Part shown: positions 52,583 to 61,891 of the stretch, piece after piece
Layout of the letters: each line of letters opens with the position of its first letter
How positions within the stretch are numbered: position 1 is the first letter of the stretch
IMG/VR virus record: IMGVR_UViG_3300042547_000432
Source of the DNA: a virus
Direction: 5' to 3' (one strand)
Length of the DNA stretch: 64,000 nt
The notes under the pieces: generated by a model
What the model was told of the DNA's origin: nothing
Database searches by the model: none
What the model saw: the letters and a program-made list of their open reading frames with translations, nothing else
Position numbers and translations under genes: made by a program

Positions 52583-54202
52583 TCAAGCGACTGATCTAAC
52601 TACTTCTGAAAACTCTACACCAGATCTGGTAGCAACAAAAGTAATCGTGATGAAGTTAATTGAACGTGTTGGTTTAATATAAAGTTCAGCAACAAATTCG
52701 TTTCTATCAATTACATCTGGGGTGTTGTTTGTAGAATCACATACTACAAGATAATCTGTGAGACCTCTTTTTGCCTGAACTTCAGAAAGATATGAAGCTG
52801 CTGCGGAATAGAAAGAAGTTCTGGTCGTTTCATCATTAAGTTCAAACATTACAGTTCTTGCTAGTTGACCAATTCTTTTCTCTATAGCAAGGAAAAGACG
52901 ACGAACATTAATTCTGTCGAAAGCACTTGGAGTTGCTAAAGCAGTTTTATCACCAAACAGAACAGTTCCCTGACCTGGGAATGTAGCAATTGGATTAATT
53001 CTCTTAAGATATAATTTATCCCTGTCTGCTTTTGATGGAGCAAAGGCAAGTTTTACAACATTTTTAATGTTACCTCTGCTAACACCAGCGGGAGAGAACC
53101 AATCTTCTAAAGTGGCGGAAGTCTCTACGCAGAGACCAGCAACGTCTCCATTACATGGAATGTAACGATAAACGTCATTATACTTATCATAGAGATACTT
53201 GTATCCACTATCAAACACAGCGTATGAACTGCTGCTACCCACACCGTCGAAGAAAGTGATGATATCATCCCTTTTCGCTGAACTAGTGGAGAGTGAAAGC
53301 ATTCCACTGTGGGGTGAAACAAAAGCAATACAATCTTTTCTGGAACCAGCAAGCGTAATAACTTTTTGTGCTTTTGTGATTTGGTCTGCTTCTACGGCAA
53401 GATTACCACCAGTGAGAATAAAATCAATTGAAATATTTTCTGTGTCATCGAAAAGATCATAAGCTGCTGTGATGTTGGCAACTGTTGTAGTGTAAGCATC
53501 AATACCACCAGAAAGAACTACGTCGGATTCTCCAGCAGCTGCATTTTCTGGTCCAGCATAAATGTATTTTGAACGAGAATTGATTACGTTCTTATAAAAA
53601 ATTGAACCACCCTGCGAATCTTTTGCGGTTGATACGCGAGAAACATATAAAAATGTTTCTAAAATGTTGTTGTTAGCATCTAGAACCGCGATGTGAAGAT
53701 CATCAGCTCCACCTGGATCAAGAGCAATTGTGCTCCAAAGAACCGTGCCGTAAATAGTTGCTGTTGCGTAGTTAGTAACGCCACCATCTACAATAGCAAT
53801 CTTGAGACCATTTGCCCAAGTTCCTGCTGTTCTAGCAGCAAATTTAAAATCATATGTACTAAAAGCTGCTTCAAATGCGTCTGTATCTTTGATAAGAACT
53901 GGTGTTGCAGTTGTATCGTCGCAAGCATTTTTTAAAGCACTGTCTTCAATTCTTACGACATTTAATTGACCACCGTATGAAAGGAAGGATTGAGATACAA
54001 ACCAATCCTCGTAATTGTTTGCGTTAGGGGCACCGAATGTTTCTAATAATTCTCTTTCTGAAGCAATGCCGACAATTGATCCTACTGGACCCTGAGCAAA
54101 GCTACCAACCAGAGCAGCAACATTTCCTTGTTGATTCACAACTGTTTGATTGGTTAAATCACGTTCTCTTAGAACAATTCCAGGTGATACTTGACCTGCC
54201 AT
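52583..54202 (-). CDS. g18: Tail sheath protein gp18
   Basis: SPGIVLRERD, WFSPAG, FDRINVRRLF, KPTRSINFI. Confidence 0.97.
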   Translation of the reverse strand: MAGQVSPGIVLRERDLTNQTVVNQQGNVAALVGSFAQGPVGSIVGIASERELLETFGAPNANNYEDWFVSQSFLSYGGQLNVVRIEDSALKNACDDTTATPVLIKDTDAFEAAFSTYDFKFAARTAGTWANGLKIAIVDGGVTNYATATIYGTVLWSTIALDPGGADDLHIAVLDANNNILETFLYVSRVSTAKDSQGGSIFYKNVINSRSKYIYAGPENAAAGESDVVLSGGIDAYTTTVANITAAYDLFDDTENISIDFILTGGNLAVEADQITKAQKVITLAGSRKDCIAFVSPHSGMLSLSTSSAKRDDIITFFDGVGSSSSYAVFDSGYKYLYDKYNDVYRYIPCNGDVAGLCVETSATLEDWFSPAGVSRGNIKNVVKLAFAPSKADRDKLYLKRINPIATFPGQGTVLFGDKTALATPSAFDRINVRRLFLAIEKRIGQLARTVMFELNDETTRTSFYSAAASYLSEVQAKRGLTDYLVVCDSTNNTPDVIDRNEFVAELYIKPTRSINFITITFVATRSGVEFSEVVRSVA

Positions 54203-54290
54203 GTTTGTCTCCTCGTGAAGTAGTTCATTTTTTAACTACAAATATTTATTAAAATGAGTATCTTCATTGGGGAAACAACGCATGAACAAT

Positions 54291-54518
54291 TTACCAGTCA
54301 GGATATTCCCATAATTTAGGTGGTTTGACCACACGTTTTGCCATAATTCTTTTTATGGTACATTGTTTACATTCGTATGAATACGAAGAAGGTAAATATT
54401 TTTTTGATTTTCTAATAACATAGTAATCTGTCATGAGGTCTTTTGTCTCTCCACAGACCCTACACGTTCTTTCTCTAAACAATAAATGTTCTAGTGAAAA
54501 TTCGTCTTCTAAATCCAT
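54291..54518 (-). CDS. Small zinc-finger protein
   Basis: CRVC..CKQC; starts MDLEDEF at the g17 stop. Confidence 0.7.
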   Translation of the reverse strand: MDLEDEFSLEHLLFRERTCRVCGETKDLMTDYYVIRKSKKYLPSSYSYECKQCTIKRIMAKRVVKPPKLWEYPDW

Positions 54519-56182
54519 TAGAACCCTAGCATGTATTCTACGTCTGAAAAAGGATTGCCATACCCATCGGTGTACCAAACGTTTCCGTCTTCATCAATAA
54601 ATTTTTCTTCGGCATCTGTAATACCATCAGATACAAATCCAAACGGTGCCATGTCTTGTTCGATTTGATTCTTCTGTTCTTCGTAGATGCGTTTACGAAC
54701 ATCGTTATCAGTCATCTCCCTAAAGTAAGGTTGAACCGCTAACCACGAGAATAGAACTAGACACATCACAAGGTCATCGTTGTATCCATCATCAGCTTCG
54801 AAAGATTGATTCTTCTGAATGAATGTGGTAAGCTCACTGATGATTTCGTAGTCTGAGATTAGGAGTTTATCATCTTCGATCAATGTCTTTAAGTTAGAAC
54901 ATCCAACCTTCTTAGTAACTTTTGACATCTTTAGACCAAGTTGAGATTTGGTGCCAGAAAATCCCTGACCTACAATTTGACCTGCTCTACCACGCATGGC
55001 ACACATCAAAATGTTTGGATACTCCAAATCATAATGGAGAATGTTTGTTACCTGTTCTCCAATATCATTGACTTCCGCTAAGATGTATGCTTTATTGTAG
55101 TTCTTGGCAACCTGTTCGATAATGTTGGGAAACAGGATAGGTTTGATTTCGTTATTTCGATATTTAGCAACAACCTTCCAAGGTAGTGTGGTGATATCAA
55201 ATACAACAAAAGCAGAGTAATCATTGTTGGTTCCCCGCGATACGTCAACCGTCATGATATAATCGTGATCTGGTTTTGCTTCCTCGTATACCTTTAATCC
55301 TTTACTATTATCTTGTATAGGATCTTCGAATACCATCGAGCGTAACTTAGACGCTGAGATCAAAGTATCAACCGATCCAAGGAACTCACATTCAAACTCT
55401 TGTGTGAACTGCCTCTCAGAGGTGTTCCTGATCGTCTCTTCTTTCCACTTCTCATCTCTACCAGGAACTGCGCTCCAGTGAACTTCAAGTGGCACATATC
55501 CGTTCCTACCGCGCTCTGCGTCGTGCCACAGCTTGTAGAACATGTTCATACCCTGTGGGGTAGAAATGATAATAACTTTTGTTGTTTTACCAGACGAGAT
55601 AGTAGGATATACAGACGAGAAGAACTGTTCCGCCATATGGTTAGGAACGAACGCAAACTCGTCAAGGAAGATGATGTTGAAAGAGTTTCCTCGAACAGCA
55701 GATGATGATGTGGAAGCAGCAATAATCTTGGAACCATTATCAAGTTCCATGGAACCTTTGTTCCATGCTACAATGCCTTGCTGCATCCACTTGGGCAGAT
55801 TTTCATATGCTAACTGTAAACGAGACAGAAGTTCTCTTGACGTTTCTGCTTTGTTTGCTAGAATAGCAATCTTAATATTGTCGTTGAATACTGCGTAATG
55901 AAGTAGGTATGAAATAACAGTGGTAGATTTACCAGTCTGTCTTGGAAGTTTCGCAATATTAAATCTATGATTGTGAAAATTTTCAATAAGTTTCTCTTGA
56001 AAATCATACATCTCAAAGGGAACAAGACCTTCATCGAGTGAGATGATCTTTACATAGTTTTTTGCGAAGTAAACTGGATCATCTTTACATTTGATGAACT
56101 CTTCTACTTGTTCTTTTGTAAAACTAATGGCGGTATTAGCTTTCTTTAAATTAGGATTACCAAGATATACTGCGTCACTCAT
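54518..56182 (-). CDS. g17: Terminase large subunit gp17
   Basis: PRQTGKST, FLDEFAF, ISTPQG, DVSRG, DDLVM. Confidence 0.98.
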   Translation of the reverse strand: MSDAVYLGNPNLKKANTAISFTKEQVEEFIKCKDDPVYFAKNYVKIISLDEGLVPFEMYDFQEKLIENFHNHRFNIAKLPRQTGKSTTVISYLLHYAVFNDNIKIAILANKAETSRELLSRLQLAYENLPKWMQQGIVAWNKGSMELDNGSKIIAASTSSSAVRGNSFNIIFLDEFAFVPNHMAEQFFSSVYPTISSGKTTKVIIISTPQGMNMFYKLWHDAERGRNGYVPLEVHWSAVPGRDEKWKEETIRNTSERQFTQEFECEFLGSVDTLISASKLRSMVFEDPIQDNSKGLKVYEEAKPDHDYIMTVDVSRGTNNDYSAFVVFDITTLPWKVVAKYRNNEIKPILFPNIIEQVAKNYNKAYILAEVNDIGEQVTNILHYDLEYPNILMCAMRGRAGQIVGQGFSGTKSQLGLKMSKVTKKVGCSNLKTLIEDDKLLISDYEIISELTTFIQKNQSFEADDGYNDDLVMCLVLFSWLAVQPYFREMTDNDVRKRIYEEQKNQIEQDMAPFGFVSDGITDAEEKFIDEDGNVWYTDGYGNPFSDVEYMLGF

Positions 56183-56420
56183 TTGCTCGTTTAATATCCT
56201 TTTCTATATCGTCCATACTATTTAATCTTTTTTCCCACCCATCGCCTTTGGTGGTTCCCTGTGCTGGGTTGATACAAGTATCATCTCCAAATTTATCACA
56301 AACTAAAGAAGCGAGTTCAGTTTCGTTTCCCTTCTTATTTGTGCCAGCCCAGAAGTGTTGTCCTCCAATCCAGCACGCCCCACACTTAGGGCAGGTTTTG
56401 GTATCCATAAGTCTTACCAT
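56175..56420 (-). CDS. Cys-rich hypothetical protein
   Basis: CPKCGACW..C..C. Confidence 0.7.
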   Translation of the reverse strand: MVRLMDTKTCPKCGACWIGGQHFWAGTNKKGNETELASLVCDKFGDDTCINPAQGTTKGDGWEKRLNSMDDIEKDIKRANE

Positions 56421-56485
56421 GAGACGGTAATGCTATTATATAGGTAAATGTATGTTTGTCAAGTTACAAATGACACATATTTGTG

Positions 56486-57232
56486 TCAGCAATTCCAAGC
56501 TCTTAATGACTTATTGATACGTGAATCTGGATCTCTTGCTGTTTTCTTTGAAGTTAGTTTCTTTTTCATGCCTTTCATTCTGGCACAGAATGACGCCCTG
56601 CGGGGATTTCCAACCTTTTTTGAAGGTGCCTTAAGGTCGCTTCCAGGATTCTCACGTTCGTAAGATTTTCTGCCTTTTTCATTCAGACCACCCTCTGAAT
56701 TTTTACCAGACTTTTTTGTCCAAGCAGCTCCCTCAGCAACATACTCTTCATTCTTGCTGCTCATATAATCAGCAGCGGTATCAATATAATCAGCAGCGAG
56801 CGTGACCTTAGATTGAACCCATCCAGGTAGTTGCATCTTTGGATCTTGAACAATCAAACGAAGACGGTTAACAGCATCTTCGATCGTATCAAGTTGACTC
56901 ATAATCATTCCACCTTCGTCATCAATCTCTTTGCCCATAGCAACAGCGATGTGATTCTCACAAATCTCACGCATTTCTTTGACGGTTCTTTTCTTTTTGT
57001 GTTGTGCTTTTAGTTCTTTTTCCATCTTAAGTAAGTGAGTATAGTAATCTGGGAATTCATCTAAATGCTGGAGAGCAATACCATATGCTTCTTCGTGTGT
57101 AGTGACATGCTCTCGCTCTACAGTAGAACCAACTTCTGCCTGTTTGATAATAGTTTCAACAGACACACCATGCTTCTTGGCGATTTCTTTTTCTGTGGGA
57201 ACTTTCTTTTTCATTAGTAAATCTCCCTCCAT
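56486..57232 (-). CDS. Modular hypothetical protein (DUF5661-like N-terminus, DUF6321-like C-terminus)
   Basis: IALQHLDEFPDYY; RRASFCARMKG..NKSLRAWNC. Confidence 0.7.
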   Translation of the reverse strand: MEGDLLMKKKVPTEKEIAKKHGVSVETIIKQAEVGSTVEREHVTTHEEAYGIALQHLDEFPDYYTHLLKMEKELKAQHKKKRTVKEMREICENHIAVAMGKEIDDEGGMIMSQLDTIEDAVNRLRLIVQDPKMQLPGWVQSKVTLAADYIDTAADYMSSKNEEYVAEGAAWTKKSGKNSEGGLNEKGRKSYERENPGSDLKAPSKKVGNPRRASFCARMKGMKKKLTSKKTARDPDSRINKSLRAWNC

Positions 57233-58599
57233 TGAAGTGCTGCTCTAATTGTTCCAGAGTTATTACCAATATTTGTTGCTAACACAACATATACTTCTGA
57301 TGAAGTAGAGTCAAAATTTTGAACAATAATGTTTTTCTTGGCAGCAGAAATAGAACCTGTCGAAGCAGACGACAAAGAGTTCTGTGACGAACCAGCAGTT
57401 ACAAAACCACCAAATAAAGCATCACCACTTCCTACTGTATAACCAGTAGCACCAACTGAATATTGAACGCCACTATTGGTATCAACATCGGTCCAATTAA
57501 GTGTGCCAGTCAAGTTTGATTGACTTGGTAATTTAACAATTTGGAATGAAAATGTTTCTCCAGAAGGATACAAAGAAATATTATTTAACCTAACCGAAAT
57601 TCTGTTGGGGTAAGATTGAAATGTATTTTTCAAACGAATTGCCAATACTGGTAGAGTAGCACCACCAACAACTGACCTAGATGTCGTCATCATATACATG
57701 AAGTCAATACCACTTTCAACATATCCACCTTCTGACATAACAGTGGAACAAATCTGATCAAATGAACCACCAGATGTTGTACCTGTGTTTAGTATCTCAC
57801 ATCTTACTGGTAGATTAGGATTTGCGATATAAACTTCATCAAGTTCATTAGAACAATAATATTGGTGTGCTAAAATAAGTTGCCCATTATGAACAAAACC
57901 ACAACGAACTCTACCAACTCCCAACCATTGGAAGTCAATATAAACTAGTTGTGTTTTTGAAGTATTGATGTTGAAACCAGAAACACCAGTTCCATCACAC
58001 TTATCAATGTTCCATTCTGATTGTGGAACTCTTCTTTTGTAAGTTCCTGATGTTGCTTCGCTAGCAGTGCCACTAACATAAGAACGAACAACAAAGTTTA
58101 GAGTGCCATTGGTTGTTCCGTTGGCAGTAGCATCACCAACTTGCTCAAAATAGATACCATCTCTATCATCGTAGTATCCAGTTCTTTTGGTTACATTCTG
58201 TTGAGCATAACCAAAACATACCGAACTGTAAATCATCTGTGACTTACCAGGCTGGTAATGATGATAAAACTTAGTTTGGTGAACAACACGAGAAGTGGTG
58301 TTTGATGTGGTTGCTAAAGTAGCACAAGCCTTATTGATATTATATGTTGCTGTGCCGCCATTAGTTAAGTTATCAAGAAAGTTTGGGTCAATAGCATAAA
58401 GGTGTTTGTAATCACCCAGAGTAAATGATTCAGTAACTTTGAGACGACCAAAAGCATCTACTGCTGTTTCACTAAAAGATACAGAAGCACCAGAACTACC
58501 AGGCCCCACATTGCCGTTTGCGTCGGCAATCATGACTACCTCAAAGTTTGTTTTTTCCTGTGGTAGGAAATCTTCGTAATGCTTACTATACTGTGCCAT
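57214..58599 (-). CDS. Virion structural protein
   Basis: DAFGRL, YQPGKS, WLGVGRVRCGF; shares a domain with 61892..64000. Confidence 0.75.
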   Translation of the reverse strand: MAQYSKHYEDFLPQEKTNFEVVMIADANGNVGPGSSGASVSFSETAVDAFGRLKVTESFTLGDYKHLYAIDPNFLDNLTNGGTATYNINKACATLATTSNTTSRVVHQTKFYHHYQPGKSQMIYSSVCFGYAQQNVTKRTGYYDDRDGIYFEQVGDATANGTTNGTLNFVVRSYVSGTASEATSGTYKRRVPQSEWNIDKCDGTGVSGFNINTSKTQLVYIDFQWLGVGRVRCGFVHNGQLILAHQYYCSNELDEVYIANPNLPVRCEILNTGTTSGGSFDQICSTVMSEGGYVESGIDFMYMMTTSRSVVGGATLPVLAIRLKNTFQSYPNRISVRLNNISLYPSGETFSFQIVKLPSQSNLTGTLNWTDVDTNSGVQYSVGATGYTVGSGDALFGGFVTAGSSQNSLSSASTGSISAAKKNIIVQNFDSTSSEVYVVLATNIGNNSGTIRAALQWREIY

Positions 58600-58844
58600 C
58601 AGATTGAATACGCGACTTTAGCTGCTTTAAATGCCGCGCCTCCTTCTAGTGTGTCTGTAGAATCTTTTTCAACATAAGCAACTTCATTTGCCGCCATTGT
58701 GAAACTACCAATCGTAGCGCCAGCAGAATCCTTACGAGTTACTACCGCTGCTGTGCTGGTATTAATAACTCTAACAACAGTTGCTGAATCAACATTAGTA
58801 GCTGAGGTGAGCGTTGTTTCCGCCGCCAATACTTTAATGAGCAT
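58599..58844 (-). CDS. Small beta-rich hypothetical (virion) protein
   Basis: ORF track. Confidence 0.7.
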   Translation of the reverse strand: MLIKVLAAETTLTSATNVDSATVVRVINTSTAAVVTRKDSAGATIGSFTMAANEVAYVEKDSTDTLEGGAAFKAAKVAYSI

Positions 58845-58864
58845 TGTATTATTCCGTTTATTTT

Positions 58865-59272
58865 CTATTTATTCTTGGCGGCATCTTTAATCATCTTTTG
58901 AAGATCTGCCGTTGTGCCAATAAACATTGTATTATTGACAGTAGTTGGTGTTGATTTTTTGTCTTCTTTGCCAAGATTTTTCATCTTGTGCTGAAGGTCA
59001 ATCAGTTTGTCTGTCATGTCTGAGACCTGCTTCATAGCGTTCACAGCAACCTCATACGCTCTAGGGTGCCCCGACTCCTGAGCAACCTCTAAGGCACCTT
59101 GTACCGCCTCCTGACCCTGTGATATGAGAGTGTATAACTGCCCTCTGGTATATTCATAATCTTTGTTGGCATCAATGCTAATTTCGCTATTTGCTTGTGT
59201 GATCATTTCAGTTGTTTCTTCAATCGGTGTTATGTCAAAAATTTCTTCCATGTTGTCTTCAAATTTACTCAT
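58865..59272 (-). CDS. g16: Terminase small subunit gp16
   Basis: DYEYTR, HPRAYEV, FIGTTADL. Confidence 0.93.
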   Translation of the reverse strand: MSKFEDNMEEIFDITPIEETTEMITQANSEISIDANKDYEYTRGQLYTLISQGQEAVQGALEVAQESGHPRAYEVAVNAMKQVSDMTDKLIDLQHKMKNLGKEDKKSTPTTVNNTMFIGTTADLQKMIKDAAKNK

Positions 59273-60066
59273 AGTAGTGTAATTCCCTCGTTAAATCCAA
59301 AGTCATCGTCTGGCATTAGAAGCGCATCATCTGCTACATCAACATCACCATCTGCGTCTTGATCCGAAAGAGCTTTTGGTGTTACATCGTAACGAACTGC
59401 TCTCCTATGTTCTTGGAAATCGCCAAGACTTTCAAATACTGTCGCCTTGCGAATGATTTGGGAATCTGTGACTGGACCATATAAGTAAGTTTTTAATGTG
59501 AACGACAATGTATAAATGATAGCTCTTCTACGCATCATATCATCTTCATAATCATCCTCGTAACTAATATTGTTTAAAATAATTGGTAAATCTTTTTTTT
59601 CATCCATCTCAGGAATTAGATTTACTGTGACGTTGAAAGATGGTTGAAAGTATGGTAGAATTTGCTCAAGAATTTGTAGAGCGTCATCTTGATTCTTTGA
59701 TAAAATACCAAGTTCAAATTCAAGATTATATGGAACAGGCATATACTGAACACTTACTGAATCAGCATCTGCCTTTTTTAAATACTTTTGAATTGGGGAA
59801 GTTTTCCTTGAAGGATCGTAGGTTATACTAGTCATCTCAAAAGAGATGCGAGGCATTGTAATACTTACTTTGCGCTCTGTGCTTGGATCTTGATCTAGAC
59901 GAGCAAGGAATTTACTCTTGGGACCATAAGCAAGAGCAACTTTTTCTTGACGAATTACTGCGTTAGTATCTGGATCTCTCTTTTCAACTTGAATGTTGTT
60001 GAAAATAGTTCCAAATGCTTTTACATTTTTTTTAATAATTTCGTGATAAAAATGATTTCCTAACAT
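59269..60066 (-). CDS. g15: Tail sheath stabiliser gp15
   Basis: AFGTIFNNI, QILPYFQPSF, YLYGP. Confidence 0.95.
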   Translation of the reverse strand: MLGNHFYHEIIKKNVKAFGTIFNNIQVEKRDPDTNAVIRQEKVALAYGPKSKFLARLDQDPSTERKVSITMPRISFEMTSITYDPSRKTSPIQKYLKKADADSVSVQYMPVPYNLEFELGILSKNQDDALQILEQILPYFQPSFNVTVNLIPEMDEKKDLPIILNNISYEDDYEDDMMRRRAIIYTLSFTLKTYLYGPVTDSQIIRKATVFESLGDFQEHRRAVRYDVTPKALSDQDADGDVDVADDALLMPDDDFGFNEGITLL

Positions 60067-60965
60067 TAGAATACTCCCATATCTCCATATTCACCAAAAG
60101 GATTGTCCTCGTTAAAATCAATAATTAAATTAGCTTTATCTTCATACCACTTATTCTCGGCATTGTCATAATTGTCAATTTCAAAATCAATAGTGGAGAA
60201 AGTATCTACAATCCATGATGCGTTACTTGTTTGCCCAATTAAAACAACATTTTGTTGTAAATCACCATTTATATATGTTAATCTCAGTTTACGAGTAGCA
60301 GCAACCCATTCGGCAACTGTTGCTTTAGTAATTGTTGGTACTCCTCCAACAGTATAAGTCTGTCTAACTTCTTCTCCAACAACATATGTTCCTGTGCCAC
60401 CAACCTTTACTGTTACAGGGAATACATGGGATTCTTGTGTGAGATCATCAATCTCAGGATCACCTGTGTTGAAGTAATTGTCAGCATTCTCGATAAGTTC
60501 ACAAGTCATAGAAAAAATATAATTTTTCCCCAACTGATAGAAAGGAACTTCTCTTTCTACGAATTTAATTTCATAAAGATTTTTTGTCATTGGCACATAA
60601 AGAAGATCGCCTTCGTTTGGTCTGTTTGGAACTCTAGTATCAATCTCTGTTTCTACATAATTAATCCATCTTCTTTTAGATACAGCATATGTAATCTCAT
60701 CGCTCAATCGTAGACCAAACTTGGACATTGCGACAGCACCAGATCCACCAAATCCTTCTACATTGATTAGCATCATTTCAATTGTTACTTTATCTTCAAA
60801 TTTAGAAAGGATCACATCATTTAAAGTTCTATCAATTAACATTGTTTTTGGCACATAGATAACATCCTGCCCGAACAATTTAATCTGCTCGTCTACAAGA
60901 TCTTGAATTAAATCTTGTTCGTTAGATGTTCCACCGAATTGGGTGAAGTATTGACTTTTTGCCAT
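60066..60965 (-). CDS. g14: Neck protein gp14
   Basis: EQIKLFGQD, EGDLLY, PFYQLGK, NPFG. Confidence 0.93.
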   Translation of the reverse strand: MAKSQYFTQFGGTSNEQDLIQDLVDEQIKLFGQDVIYVPKTMLIDRTLNDVILSKFEDKVTIEMMLINVEGFGGSGAVAMSKFGLRLSDEITYAVSKRRWINYVETEIDTRVPNRPNEGDLLYVPMTKNLYEIKFVEREVPFYQLGKNYIFSMTCELIENADNYFNTGDPEIDDLTQESHVFPVTVKVGGTGTYVVGEEVRQTYTVGGVPTITKATVAEWVAATRKLRLTYINGDLQQNVVLIGQTSNASWIVDTFSTIDFEIDNYDNAENKWYEDKANLIIDFNEDNPFGEYGDMGVF

Positions 60966-61807
60966 TATCCGATCATATCTAATGGTGGTAGTTCATAATC
61001 AGAAATCATCTTGCTTTCAATTTCATCAATCTCTCTGAGAGCATCTTCATAGATTTGACGACCGTTGTATGATACACCGCCAGGTAACTGAACGTTGTTA
61101 AACTTGATTAAGTTCTGACCCCACTGACGCTTGATGAGAGCAGTAACATATCTCTTCATCCAAAAGTCATCCCAGATTTGAGTGAACACATTTGGATCTA
61201 AAGCACGATAGCAGTCAATAAGAAGATAAGCATCTTCCTTGACACGATTTACATCAATGTCAATATAGAGTCTATCTTGTCTTTTATTGAAACGATACTC
61301 TACAAAAGCACCAGTATTAATAACCATGTCGAGGGTTTCGAAATACTGTTTAATCATATAGTAGTTTGTCATGTCAAAGTTACCATAGGAAAATGTTCCA
61401 CCTGATGAGATGGCAAACAAATCCATGAGGTAATACTGGTTTGATAGACCAAACAAATCGTTTCTGAGGAAGTTGGATGATACTCCAAATACCCTTGAGA
61501 TACCAAACACATGATCTGGTATCTCAATAAAGTTTTTTCTGTTCTCCCATGTAGCTTCGTCAGGTGCTGAGGTGTTTGAGAGTTCGTCAGATTCTTGGAA
61601 GCGCGTTACATCATCAGCAGTTAACTTATGCTTTAAATACATTCTTTCCGAACCGTCAAAATGACGCTCATGAAAATACTGTAGAGCATCATCAATACAA
61701 TCTTCTATTTGTTGATCCGCAACATTGATTTCTAAAACAGGTGCTCCAAGTTTTCGTAGGCAATAATTTTTTAATTCAGTTCTTGTTGCTGGTTTTGACA
61801 CCGACAT
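60965..61807 (-). CDS. g13: Neck protein gp13
   Basis: LRKLGAPVLEIN, QWGQNL, LPGGVSYNG; TATAAATA at 61837-61844. Confidence 0.95.
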   Translation of the reverse strand: MSVSKPATRTELKNYCLRKLGAPVLEINVADQQIEDCIDDALQYFHERHFDGSERMYLKHKLTADDVTRFQESDELSNTSAPDEATWENRKNFIEIPDHVFGISRVFGVSSNFLRNDLFGLSNQYYLMDLFAISSGGTFSYGNFDMTNYYMIKQYFETLDMVINTGAFVEYRFNKRQDRLYIDIDVNRVKEDAYLLIDCYRALDPNVFTQIWDDFWMKRYVTALIKRQWGQNLIKFNNVQLPGGVSYNGRQIYEDALREIDEIESKMISDYELPPLDMIG

Positions 61808-61850
61808 TTACCAGTCCTATATTTATTTCCTAAAGATATTTATAAAAAAA

Positions 61851-61870
61851 GAGGGGGTTGCCCCCCCTCC
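61851..61870 (-). terminator. Intrinsic terminator
   Basis: GAGGGGG..CAA..CCCCCTC-T7. Confidence 0.75.
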
Positions 61871-61891
61871 TTCAAGTATGTTGGAAATGAA